Source: an uncultured Bacilli bacterium
Lineage (GTDB): Bacteria; Bacillota_I; Bacilli_A; RF39; UBA660
Direction: 5' to 3'
NCBI GenBank assembly: GCA_947631035.1
Contig: CANRJW010000001.1
Location: 5,254 to 69,253 of the forward strand
DNA: 64,000 nt
In this document: positions 40,425 to 49,934 of the stretch, in pieces
Layout of the letters: each line of letters begins with the position of its first letter
Position numbering within the stretch: the stretch's first letter is position 1
Translations under genes and position numbers: made by a program
Notes under the pieces: model-generated
Database searches by the model: none
What the model was told of the DNA's origin: nothing
The model's input: only the letters and a program-made list of their open reading frames with translations

Positions 40425-40492
40425 CCTTTTTTATAAATAAGCTTTTAAAATTTTAAAAGCTTATTTATAAAAACCACTTAAGTGGTTTTTAT

Positions 40493-41137
40493 CTATGCCA
40501 TATCAGCATTTTGGGCATTTTGAGCAGCTTGAGAAATGTTCTTTATACAGATATCTAAACTTTCTAATACACTATCCATATTTGTAGTTAATGTAGTCGT
40601 TAATTCTTCATGGGCACTTCCTGCGGCATCCCCATCCCATAAACCTGAGCCATCATTTAAGCGAGCAATTTCATTTTTTAAACTTTCATATACATCACTT
40701 AATTCTTGTTTAATCGTATTTAAACTCGTACCAATTTCTGAAATCGTGATATAGTCATAAACGACTGCTTCTTGAGCAATGGTACTTGGCGTAATATCTG
40801 AAATGTTTGAATAACTCAAATTCATTGAACTTCCAACATTTGTAGATGTTCCTAAGTTACTAACTTCCAAATTTGCTACATTCTTATTAACAGAATTCAT
40901 TGCTTCTTGAAAAGAAGAACCAAACGCATTAATAAATTTAATCAAAGCTTTATGGGTATCCGTAAAATCTTGATAATTTTGTGCTGCTGCTGCTCCTGTC
41001 CATACATTAGGCTCTGCTAATTTGTCCATTTGTTCCTTAAATTTAGTAGAACAATTTGCTACATTTTCATCTAAATATCTTGCAACTCTATTAGACCATG
41101 TATTAATTTCTATTGGGTCATATCGAAATATTGCCAT
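40493..41137 (-). CDS. Tandem (fused) WXG100/ESAT-6-like protein; first gene of the T7SS operon
   Basis: Two helical-hairpin halves, each with a W-x-G turn followed by an aromatic: VWTGAAAAQNYQDF (aa ~45) and LWDGDAAGSAHEEL (aa ~165); GGAAGG RBS. Confidence 0.55.
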   Translation of the reverse strand: MAIFRYDPIEINTWSNRVARYLDENVANCSTKFKEQMDKLAEPNVWTGAAAAQNYQDFTDTHKALIKFINAFGSSFQEAMNSVNKNVANLEVSNLGTSTNVGSSMNLSYSNISDITPSTIAQEAVVYDYITISEIGTSLNTIKQELSDVYESLKNEIARLNDGSGLWDGDAAGSAHEELTTTLTTNMDSVLESLDICIKNISQAAQNAQNADMA

Positions 41138-41204
41138 TTTTTTACCTTCCTTCTATTGTACTTATCATACATTACCTAAAGTGTAACATGAATTTTTAAA
41201 AATA

Positions 41205-41246
41205 GCAAAAAAAATGTAAAGAATTAGACTTTACTTTACATTTTTC
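41205..41246. terminator. Rho-independent terminator after leuS, separating it from the T7SS operon start (atgtaaag-N12-ctttacat; flanking A/T runs, bidirectional)
   Basis: Read directly. Confidence 0.55.
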
Positions 41247-43650
41247 ATTTCACAACAATATTCACAATTTTATTTGGTACCACAATGGTTTTCACGATTT
41301 CTTTTTCATCGAGGAATTTTTTCACATTTTCTTCTTTTAAAGCTTTATCTTTAATGCTCTCTTCACTTTCTCCACTAGCAATTAAAATCGTTCCACGTAC
41401 TTTACCATTCACTTGAACAGCAATTGTTTTTTCATCTTCAATGGTTTTTTCTTCCTCATAGGTTGGCCAAGGACTTTCACAAATAGGTTTAAAACCGATT
41501 TGTTCATTTAACTCTTCCGTGATATGAGGAGCTATTGGATTTAAAAGTGTTAATAAAACATGATATTCGTCTTTCGTAATATGAGCACAATCTTCATACT
41601 TGTTTACTAAAATCATAAGAGTAGAAACAGCGGTGTTATAGCCCATACTTCTTAAATCGTTTTCTACCTTTTTGATGCTTTTATGAATTAAAGTTTCATT
41701 TTCTTTTTGGTAACCGCTTCCTTCTTTAACTTTCTCTTTTAAACGAATGACTTTATCGATAAAACGTTTACATCCACGCAAAGAATCCGTACTCCATGGA
41801 GCATCTTGTTCATAATCTCCCATAAAAAGTTCATAAACACGTAAAGTATCTGCACCATATTCTTTAACTATATCATCTGGATTTATGACATTTCCTTTAC
41901 TTTTACTCATTTTTTCGTTATTCGAACCAAGCACCATACCGTGGCTTACACGCGTCCAAATCATTTCACTTTTTGGTACTAAGCCAATATTATGTAAGAA
42001 TTGTACCCAGAATCTTGCATATAACAAGTGTCTTGCCGTATGTTCCATTCCTCCATTGTACCAATCGACTTTTCCCCAGTAGTTCATGGCATCCTGACTA
42101 GCAAATTCACTCGTGTTATGTGGATCCATATATCTTAAGAAATACCAACTAGAACCAGCCCATTGAGGCATCGTATCGGTTTCACGTTTTGCGGGACCTC
42201 CACATTTTGGACATGTACAATTGACCCAATCCGTGATTTTAGCAAGTGGACTTTCTCCATTATCCGTAGGTTCATACTCCGTAACATCTGGAAGCACAAG
42301 TGGTAAATCTTCTTCATTCATTGGAACCCAACCACATTTTGGACATTCTATCATTGGAATTGGTTCTCCCCAGAATCTTTGTCTTGAGAAAATCCAATCA
42401 CGCATTTTGTAGTTATTTACACGTCTTGCAACGCCCATCTTTTCTAACTTTTCCGTGATTTTTTCTTTAGCATCTTCAACGATTAGCCCACTAAATTCTT
42501 CGGAATTTATTAATTTACAGTTCTTTCCTAAATAATCGTGTTTTTCAAAAGCATGGGTACTGATATCGCCACCCTCTATAACTTCAATGACTTCTAGGTG
42601 ATGCACTTTGGCATATTCATAGTCGCGTTCGTCATGGGCAGGAACCGCCATAACGGCCCCAGTTCCATAGCTTCCTAGAACAAAGTCTCCTAAAAATATT
42701 GGAACATGTTTTCCATTTATGGGATTAATGGCTTCTAATCCTTTAATTCTGCATCCCGTTTTTCCTTTATTAAGTTCCGTACGGTCCATATTGGATTTCT
42801 TTTTGGTTTCTTCGATATAAGCTAAAACTTCTTCTTTATTTTCAACTCTTGGAAGTAACTCTTGGATTAGTTTTCCATCAGGTGCTAGAACAAAGAACGT
42901 AATTCCATAAATCGTTTCAATACAGGTTGTGAAGATAGAAAACTTGCCACCACCAACGATTTCCACGTCCATTTCAACACCCGTTGATTTACCAATCCAG
43001 TTAATTTGCCCTAATTTTACTCTTTCAGCAAAGTTGGTATTATTTAATCCTTCTAGTAAACTTTCAGAGTAATCGCTCATGCGAAGCATCCATTGGGATT
43101 TTTCTTTTTGAATAACAGCTGTTCCACAACGTTCACATACGCCACCTTGACTATCTTCATTCGATAATACACTCTTACAAGTTGGACACCAGTTTACCGG
43201 AATCGTATCTTTGTAAGCCATTCCATGTTTATAAAATTGTAGGAATTGCCATTGGGTCCATTTATAATATTCAGGGTCAGTGGTTGAAAATTCTCTTGAC
43301 CAATCAAAAGAATAGCCTAAATCTTGCATTTGACCTTTAAACGTTTTGATATTTTCTTTTACGGCTTCTTTTGGATGGATATGGTTTTTAATCGCATATT
43401 GTTCAGCCGGAGCCCCAAAAGCATCCCATCCCATTGGGAATAACACATTATACCCTTGCATACGCATCATTCTTGCCATTGCATCATTTGCGGTATAACT
43501 ACGAACGTGTCCTACATGTAATCCACTTCCAGATGGATAAGGAAACTCTACTAGAATGTAATAAGGATTTGCTCCTTCATTCTTGGTTTCAAATGTTTTA
43601 TGTTCTTCCCAATATTTTTGCCATTTCTTTTCTATTTCTTTAAAATTCAT
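41245..43650 (-). CDS. leuS: Leucyl-tRNA synthetase
   Basis: 801 aa; HVGHVRSY (HIGH) and KMSKS motifs; GGGAGAG RBS; start overlaps the upstream ORF stop (TAATG). Confidence 0.95.
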   Translation of the reverse strand: MNFKEIEKKWQKYWEEHKTFETKNEGANPYYILVEFPYPSGSGLHVGHVRSYTANDAMARMMRMQGYNVLFPMGWDAFGAPAEQYAIKNHIHPKEAVKENIKTFKGQMQDLGYSFDWSREFSTTDPEYYKWTQWQFLQFYKHGMAYKDTIPVNWCPTCKSVLSNEDSQGGVCERCGTAVIQKEKSQWMLRMSDYSESLLEGLNNTNFAERVKLGQINWIGKSTGVEMDVEIVGGGKFSIFTTCIETIYGITFFVLAPDGKLIQELLPRVENKEEVLAYIEETKKKSNMDRTELNKGKTGCRIKGLEAINPINGKHVPIFLGDFVLGSYGTGAVMAVPAHDERDYEYAKVHHLEVIEVIEGGDISTHAFEKHDYLGKNCKLINSEEFSGLIVEDAKEKITEKLEKMGVARRVNNYKMRDWIFSRQRFWGEPIPMIECPKCGWVPMNEEDLPLVLPDVTEYEPTDNGESPLAKITDWVNCTCPKCGGPAKRETDTMPQWAGSSWYFLRYMDPHNTSEFASQDAMNYWGKVDWYNGGMEHTARHLLYARFWVQFLHNIGLVPKSEMIWTRVSHGMVLGSNNEKMSKSKGNVINPDDIVKEYGADTLRVYELFMGDYEQDAPWSTDSLRGCKRFIDKVIRLKEKVKEGSGYQKENETLIHKSIKKVENDLRSMGYNTAVSTLMILVNKYEDCAHITKDEYHVLLTLLNPIAPHITEELNEQIGFKPICESPWPTYEEEKTIEDEKTIAVQVNGKVRGTILIASGESEESIKDKALKEENVKKFLDEKEIVKTIVVPNKIVNIVVK

Positions 43651-44018
43651 TATTCATCTCTCCCTTGTAATTTTTTTAAATGTCTTCCATATATTTCATA
43701 TAATGCGTAAATAAGTAAGAATAAGAGGACGAAACCAATTCCTAATTGTAAAAAGATATAAGTATCGATATAAGAAACAAAGGTTCCGACTCCTGCAATA
43801 ATAAAACTATTGATTAAACACATCCATTTCAGTTCTTTCTTATAATTGATTTTGGTTGGGTCCAAATGAAATTTTTTAATCACATAGTTGGCAACCATAA
43901 TCGAATCGGTTTTCTTTTTCTTGATTTTTCGTAAATCAAAAAGGTATTGAATACTATAAATGGCAACAAACAAAACAAGAAAAAAACCAAATATAAAAGT
44001 TGGACTATTGATATTCAT
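43650..44018 (-). CDS. Small 3-TM membrane protein translationally coupled to leuS (122 aa)
   Basis: AAAGGAG RBS 8 nt upstream of the ATG; stop/start overlap with leuS; hydrophobic segments. Confidence 0.5.
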   Translation of the reverse strand: MNINSPTFIFGFFLVLFVAIYSIQYLFDLRKIKKKKTDSIMVANYVIKKFHLDPTKINYKKELKWMCLINSFIIAGVGTFVSYIDTYIFLQLGIGFVLLFLLIYALYEIYGRHLKKLQGRDE

Positions 44019-44039
44019 TTCTAAAACTCCTTTCTAAAA

Positions 44040-44300
44040 AAGAAAAAACACAGCATTTCTTAAGGACGAAAATGCCGTGGTACCACCTTAATTCCTAGTA
44101 AAACTAGCTTTCTTCATCTTCTATAGGAGATGACCCATTAAACTCCAAAAGCAAGTTCGTAAATTTTATTTGTTTACTTACACCCACCGTAAACTCTCTT
44201 TAAAATAAAGGTTTTACTACTACTCTTTTTTCAACGCTTTTAAGTATTATATTAAATTTTTCTTTTTTTTTCAATAGATTTCTTTTCATAACGAAAAAAA
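44040..44300 (-). promoter_or_regulatory. T-box riboswitch leader (tRNA-Leu expected) with terminator/antiterminator, upstream of the small membrane ORF-leuS unit
   Basis: Minus-strand AATTAAGGTGGTACCACGGCATTTTCGTCCTTAAGAAATGCTGTGTTTTTTCTTTTTT contains the T-box consensus (AANNNGGGTGGNACCGCGG-like), then GCATTT..AAATGC terminator helix and a U-run. Confidence 0.6.
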
Positions 44301-44311
44301 TAGGAAAGTTC

Positions 44312-45067
44312 CTATTTTCTATATTGTTTCATTAGATAGATACCACTAAGAAGTAAGCTCATAAAGGCAATAGCTGAAGCACCCACAACATCTCCTGTTT
44401 TTGGTACATCATCTTTTTTATCCTCTTTTTCTTCTTCTTTTGGTTCTTCTTTTTCTTCATTTGCTTTTTTTACTTCTTCATATTTATCAAAATTCCATAA
44501 GACTGTATCATCTTCTTTGGCTTGTAATACAACACCTGTTGGATTAATTTTCATGGTGACTGTTTGGTCTGTTTCTCCATTATGATCCCAATCAAATGTC
44601 CAAGTATAGGTAATCATTTTATTTTCAATTGTTGCTTTCTCTAAATGTTCTTCAATAACGGCTCCAAAGACATTAATAAAGTGTGGTTTACTTTGTTCGT
44701 TATAGTCTTGCTTTAGAGTATCTTGACTATTCCAAAACAATTGATCTTCGGAATTTCCAGATTTATAGGTGGCTTGTTTTAGTGTTTCAATGGAAATATC
44801 TTTTGGTGCAACAATTTGAGCACCAACCCAAGCCGCATCAATCGTTCTTCCAATACCCATATCTGCTGGAACAATTTTTAAGTTTGCAGCATTATAGGTA
44901 ATGGTAACATTGCTTGTTCCGTTACCAACCACTTCAGGAGTTCCACCTTTATAAGAATCATTTGCATTTAATACGGTAATATTTTCTAATTTTAAAGCAT
45001 GAACTTGTGGTATAAAAATAAAACCAATCAGAAGTAAAATATAGCCAATTAAATTGTATTTTTTCAT
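44312..45067 (-). CDS. Cell-wall-anchored surface protein with a sortase sorting signal (VPKTG + hydrophobic stretch + KQYRK tail)
   Basis: Probable start at MKKYNLIGYILLLIGFIFIPQVHA (GGAGGA RBS), not the longer track ORF; C-terminus DVPKTGDVVGASAIAFMSLLLSGIYLMKQYRK; acidic Lys/Glu-rich stalk. Confidence 0.7.
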   Translation of the reverse strand: MKKYNLIGYILLLIGFIFIPQVHALKLENITVLNANDSYKGGTPEVVGNGTSNVTITYNAANLKIVPADMGIGRTIDAAWVGAQIVAPKDISIETLKQATYKSGNSEDQLFWNSQDTLKQDYNEQSKPHFINVFGAVIEEHLEKATIENKMITYTWTFDWDHNGETDQTVTMKINPTGVVLQAKEDDTVLWNFDKYEEVKKANEEKEEPKEEEKEDKKDDVPKTGDVVGASAIAFMSLLLSGIYLMKQYRK

Positions 45068-45130
45068 TATTTTCCCTCCTGTTTTTAGTATGACAAAAAT
45101 CGCCAAAAATATACAAAAAAAAGAAGAAAA

Positions 45131-45976
45131 CTATTCTTCTGATTTTTCGGATTCGTTTTCTTCTTTTTGAATGGCTTCTATTTCGTCTTTGGTTAGACCA
45201 GTATATTTCATTATCAACTCGATGCTCATATTATCTTCTAGCATCTTCTTAGCTGTTTCTTTTTGATAGTCTTGTAGATATAGTTCTCGAATACCTTCTT
45301 CATCCAGTGCCTTCTTGTCATAGAATAAGTAAGCATCTAATGCTTGTTCGTAATCCTCTACCTTTTTATTCACTTTCTTCATCATTTCACTTCCACCATA
45401 AACCTCTTTGCGTAGCCTTTTATCTTCACATACAAAGATATACAATAGCCACTTTAAATCCCTTTCATTCATTTTCTCTATCTCATTATAATCCATTTTA
45501 CTTAATAAATCTAGATTGATATCATATATTTCGATATTTTTGTCTCTTACGATATGGTATTCTTCTTCCATTACATAACTATGGTAGATAAATTGATTCT
45601 TCTTATAATAGTCATAATTATTGATATTGATTTGCACAATTGGCTTTATTTGATACTTTTCTCCTGGTTTTACTTGTTTTAAATAAAGCTGAGCTATATA
45701 AGCACTATTCTTAATTTTCGATACTTTACTATTACGATAATTGATTTCGATATTGATATAGTTCTCTTTGGTATCATATACGGTATCTACTTCTTGATCT
45801 TTGACATTCTCATTGATATTTACATTAGGATTTATGAGGGTTAAATTCTCCATAACGTATTCTTTTTTTAAATTTAACACCACTGCTATAACACTTGCTA
45901 CATACTCCCTGCAATCTTCGCTTCGAAATATTTTTTTAGCATATTCGTCGTTTAGTAATTTTTTTTCAGTTAACAT
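45131..45976 (-). CDS. Second Rpn-family / PD-(D/E)XK nuclease-family transposase-like protein
   Basis: N-terminus LLNDEYAKKIF (NDxxxKxxF) and C-terminal IELIMKYTGLTKDEIEAIQKEE helix, as in 16487..17320. Confidence 0.6.
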   Translation of the reverse strand: MLTEKKLLNDEYAKKIFRSEDCREYVASVIAVVLNLKKEYVMENLTLINPNVNINENVKDQEVDTVYDTKENYINIEINYRNSKVSKIKNSAYIAQLYLKQVKPGEKYQIKPIVQININNYDYYKKNQFIYHSYVMEEEYHIVRDKNIEIYDINLDLLSKMDYNEIEKMNERDLKWLLYIFVCEDKRLRKEVYGGSEMMKKVNKKVEDYEQALDAYLFYDKKALDEEGIRELYLQDYQKETAKKMLEDNMSIELIMKYTGLTKDEIEAIQKEENESEKSEE

Positions 45977-46125
45977 AGTTTACTTCTCCTTTCATTTTTA
46001 TTCAACCAAAACCCCTGAAAAAAAGTTTTAAGTCGAATATGTCTTGCTATTATAAGTCTTCTTTTTTTCTTTTCAAGGCTTTCGACAAAACTAGAAGAAA
46101 CTTCTAATTATTCGACAAAAAGGGA

Positions 46126-46158
46126 TAAAAAAAGAACTTCAAACAAATGAAGTCTTTT
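46126..46158 (-). terminator. Rho-independent terminator at the GH31 gene stop
   Basis: acttca-aacaaa-tgaagt hairpin then a T-run on the minus strand. Confidence 0.4.
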
Positions 46159-48561
46159 TTATATTTCTTTAATGTACTCTAGTAATTTTAAAAACATTCG
46201 AACGAAGATTGGCTCTAAACCATCTTTCTTTAATTTACGTATTAAAATACGTTTTTTCTTAATTGGTTCTTCGCTAAAGAAAATATTGGCAATCTTGTCT
46301 TTTAATCTTGTTTCAATTTGTAAGTCACTAATAATAGAATCCACATCTTCATTAATAATACGAACAGCATCAATTTCAATGTCTTTTCCTTTACAATTAA
46401 TGGTCAATTGACTAATCGTAGGTACATCTTTTACTTCGACGATAAAGTCATTATCTTCAACATAATTGTTGGTAACTACAACATCTTTTCCAACATAGGT
46501 GATTACATCATCAGCTTCTCTCGTATTTCGAAAGCGAATTTTATAATCTCTTTTATCCGGAATAATACCGCTTTTTCCTTCGACTGGACGTATAATGAGT
46601 GTATAGTTGTTTTGTAAATAATTGTAATCGATATTAGTCATAATATAGTATCCTTGTTCAAACAAAGAAGAATATCCGTCATCTTCATATAATTTGTAGG
46701 AATTGCTTCTTCCTGGGAAAACATGAATTTCCATCTTTTTAGGGGGATTCGTCACATTGATATTTTCTTCCAAATCTGCTAAAGGAATAATACTTCCAGC
46801 TCTAGCAAATACAGGATAGTCTTCGTCTTTATAGAAGGAAACATAACGTTTATCTCCAGGAAATTTCTTACCTGTATTAAAGTCGTACCAGATACCATTA
46901 GGCAAGAAGATTTTTTCAATGGCACGATTCATGACTCTATCTTTTTTAACGGTAATCGGAGCAACGAACAATTCTCCACCAAAATAATATTCATTTTTAT
47001 ATAAAGGTTCATCATAAATTTCTGGATTTTGATAATAAAGCGGTTGGATAAGCGGAAGTCCCGTCTTATGATATTTATAAGCCTCTGCATAAAGATAAGG
47101 AATCAAACGATGTCTTAAAATACAATAATTTTTGACAATATTAAAGGTTTTGATATCCCAGCGCCATGGTTCTCTTTTGTAATAGTGACCATGTTTAGCA
47201 CTAAAACGGAAGATAGGACTAAAGGTAGCAAGTTCAACAGAACGAAGATATAATTCACCATCTTCAATACCATCTTGGTATCCTCCGACATCATGACTCC
47301 ACCAAGAAACACCAATATTACTAGCGGTTGAGTTAAAGAATGGTAAGAAGCGTAACGTATCCCAACTTACAGTGGTTTTTCCTGAATAATGAATAGGTGT
47401 ACGATGAGAAGCTACTAAAGAATTTCTAGAAAGAAGCATTCCTCTTCTAGTTGCATATTTTTTATAATCATTAAAGTGGTAATAGTTTAAAGCTTTTAGA
47501 GTATTTAAATCTTTTTTATTATAGTAATCAATGAAGAAAAAATCGGTTCCGATATCATTTAAAGGATTAATGAGTTCATGAAAGTATTCCATTAAAACAT
47601 TGGGGTCAAAAACATTAAACGGAATATTTCTTTCTTCTGTAAAGCCTAAATGATTTTTAATTGTTTCATATTTTTCTTCTTGACGACTAATTCCACCACT
47701 TGGGTCAATACTTAAACCAACTCTTACTCCACGTTCATGCATATATTTTATAAATTCTTCAGGATTTGGAAACAATGTGTGATTAAACGTATAACCGGTG
47801 CTTGGTAAATCCGTTTGTGTATGCCAGTTGTTTCCTAGTAACAATACAGAATAAGGAATTTCTTTACGAGCAAATGTCATTAATAATTTTTGTAAATCTT
47901 CAAAACTATAAATCTCATCTTTATTCCACCAAATTCCTAAAGCATAACGTGGAATTAAACTTGGAAATCCGGTAAGCATAAAGTAATCTCTTAAACATAA
48001 ACCAAAATCTCTTCGATAAATGAAAAGATAGGTATCCACTCTTTTTTCACTTGGTATGATAAGCTTGCCATCTTCTGTTAATAAAAGAGAAGTGGAATCG
48101 TCGATAGATGCAAAACCATCTGTTGAATAAAGACCTTTATGCAAACCAACTTTTGCACTATTTTCATCCAAACTAGATGCTGTTCCTCGAAAATTTCGTG
48201 CTTCTGGATGATTAAAGTACCATAATTTATCGGTATTTTGTAAAACCACTTTTAATGTTGCATCCGGGGCAATTTTACTTCCTACAAAAGGACGCTCTTT
48301 GACATAAGAAAGTTTAAAATATTTGGTAGCAATTTCTAAATACTTATTATCTTCTTTAACCGTATATTCAGGCACAGGAAAATCACGATTAATAACTCTT
48401 TCTGTCAAACCATCATAAAATTCGCCTTTTTCACTATATTCAAAGCGTATCAATCTTTCTGTTAAAATTGTAATACGATACTTTTGACCTTTAAAAACTA
48501 CATTCTCTTTTGCTTTGGCATGAGAATAATCAATTTTAAAATGCTCATCCATACTAGCCAT
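46159..48561 (-). CDS. Glycoside hydrolase family 31 (alpha-glucosidase/alpha-xylosidase)
   Basis: 800 aa; GIWWNKDE catalytic-nucleophile region and GVSWWSHDVGGY (WWSHDIGGF acid/base) signature. Confidence 0.85.
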   Translation of the reverse strand: MASMDEHFKIDYSHAKAKENVVFKGQKYRITILTERLIRFEYSEKGEFYDGLTERVINRDFPVPEYTVKEDNKYLEIATKYFKLSYVKERPFVGSKIAPDATLKVVLQNTDKLWYFNHPEARNFRGTASSLDENSAKVGLHKGLYSTDGFASIDDSTSLLLTEDGKLIIPSEKRVDTYLFIYRRDFGLCLRDYFMLTGFPSLIPRYALGIWWNKDEIYSFEDLQKLLMTFARKEIPYSVLLLGNNWHTQTDLPSTGYTFNHTLFPNPEEFIKYMHERGVRVGLSIDPSGGISRQEEKYETIKNHLGFTEERNIPFNVFDPNVLMEYFHELINPLNDIGTDFFFIDYYNKKDLNTLKALNYYHFNDYKKYATRRGMLLSRNSLVASHRTPIHYSGKTTVSWDTLRFLPFFNSTASNIGVSWWSHDVGGYQDGIEDGELYLRSVELATFSPIFRFSAKHGHYYKREPWRWDIKTFNIVKNYCILRHRLIPYLYAEAYKYHKTGLPLIQPLYYQNPEIYDEPLYKNEYYFGGELFVAPITVKKDRVMNRAIEKIFLPNGIWYDFNTGKKFPGDKRYVSFYKDEDYPVFARAGSIIPLADLEENINVTNPPKKMEIHVFPGRSNSYKLYEDDGYSSLFEQGYYIMTNIDYNYLQNNYTLIIRPVEGKSGIIPDKRDYKIRFRNTREADDVITYVGKDVVVTNNYVEDNDFIVEVKDVPTISQLTINCKGKDIEIDAVRIINEDVDSIISDLQIETRLKDKIANIFFSEEPIKKKRILIRKLKKDGLEPIFVRMFLKLLEYIKEI

Positions 48562-48685
48562 AGTTATGCACCCTCTACTCTAGATAATTTTATCATAGAA
48601 AAAAAAGAGTTGCAATGAAAGTTGTTTTTGTTTTGTTTTTAAACCCTAAAAAAATTAAAAAAAGATTAGAGTTTGCTCTCTAACC

Positions 48686-48780
48686 TACTTTTTTCACTGC
48701 CATTTACGAAGCTTTCTTCACTCACTTTTTTCGCTACCATTTAAGGCTGGTATCACCTACTTTTTTATAATATTTATAAT
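48686..48780. repeat. Three imperfect ~33-bp direct repeats in the GH31 upstream region
   Basis: CCTACTTTTTTCACTGCCATTTACGAAGC / CACTTTTTTCGCTACCATTTAAGGCTGG / CACCTACTTTTTTATAATATTTATAAT. Confidence 0.5.
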
Positions 48781-48787
48781 ATATTTT

Positions 48788-49810
48788 TTAGTTTTTGTCT
48801 ATACTTTTGTTCCTTATCAGTTTCCTATTTGCTATGTCTTTCTTTTGTTCTATTACTTCTTCTTCTAAATTTTGCCAAGTATAAGAAGGATAGTTATCTA
48901 GAATTGTTCTATCATATTCAATACTTTTTATAGCAATCTGCAACAATTGTTCTTGCATGATTTTAAAAGATTTCTTCATTTCTTGGTGACGATAATCAAA
49001 AAATTCAATTTGCTTTTCTAGTTTTTTTAATTCCTTTTGTATTTCTTCTAAAAGAATCGTCATTTCTACCGATTTTTGAATCATAGAGACTAACTTTCTT
49101 TGTTCTAATTTTTGCTTCATAAGGGATGTAAGTAAGTTTTCGGAATCTAAACTTTCAGGTAATTTTTTGGTGTCAAATAAAAGGGTATTCACGAGTATTT
49201 CATACAAATAAGGATTTTTTGAATCCTTGGTGGGAATTCTTTTAATACAATAAGGTGTCTCTTTACTTTGAAAGATTATTTCATCGGTTTTAGCCGTAGG
49301 AACAACTACTGGTTGATACACATAAAAGCAAGGTTTCTCTTCCTTTAAATCCCAAGAAAAAGTTTCCTTCGTTAAATCTCTATAAGTATCCAAACAAATA
49401 AAAGTAATTCCTAATGTCTTTAGTTTTTCTACAGCTTTCTTGATTTGTTCAAGTTCGGTTTGATGTATTTTTAAATAGGCGGAAAAATAAGAAATTGCAT
49501 CAAAATAACCATTTTCTAAATAATAAGTATTGTAATATTGATAAAATAGAAAATCAGAAATAGCATGGTCTTGATTCAAAAGTTCAATTGCTTTTTTATT
49601 TAATTCGTAATACTTTTGCACTTTATAGGAAAAGAAGCCTTTTTCTCCATTCATTAATTTATTTAATTGGTCTAAAGCTTTTTGAAATTGTTTATAAGTA
49701 TGCCATTTATGAACAAATTCTAGTGTACTAAAATGGAATATTTCATAATTAGGAACCTTTATTACATTTAATAAAAGGTCTATTGGAATACGATTATTGT
49801 TTTCATTCAT
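48788..49810 (-). CDS. Hypothetical protein (340 aa, coiled-coil C-terminus)
   Basis: ORF with a GGGGGA RBS; no recognisable motif. Confidence 0.4.
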   Translation of the reverse strand: MNENNNRIPIDLLLNVIKVPNYEIFHFSTLEFVHKWHTYKQFQKALDQLNKLMNGEKGFFSYKVQKYYELNKKAIELLNQDHAISDFLFYQYYNTYYLENGYFDAISYFSAYLKIHQTELEQIKKAVEKLKTLGITFICLDTYRDLTKETFSWDLKEEKPCFYVYQPVVVPTAKTDEIIFQSKETPYCIKRIPTKDSKNPYLYEILVNTLLFDTKKLPESLDSENLLTSLMKQKLEQRKLVSMIQKSVEMTILLEEIQKELKKLEKQIEFFDYRHQEMKKSFKIMQEQLLQIAIKSIEYDRTILDNYPSYTWQNLEEEVIEQKKDIANRKLIRNKSIDKN

Positions 49811-49934
49811 AAAAAAATCCCCCTAAATTTCGCTTTATTATACCTCTACTTTTAAATAATTGCTACCGAAAATAGTCAATTTTAGAAAAAAGTAAAATTA
49901 TGTTATAATAACCAAGATTAAGGAAGGAATATTT

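Noticed and set aside
48686-48780. CRISPR array
   Set aside because: Only three imperfect, directly abutting repeat units with no unique spacers of regular length; no cas genes nearby.
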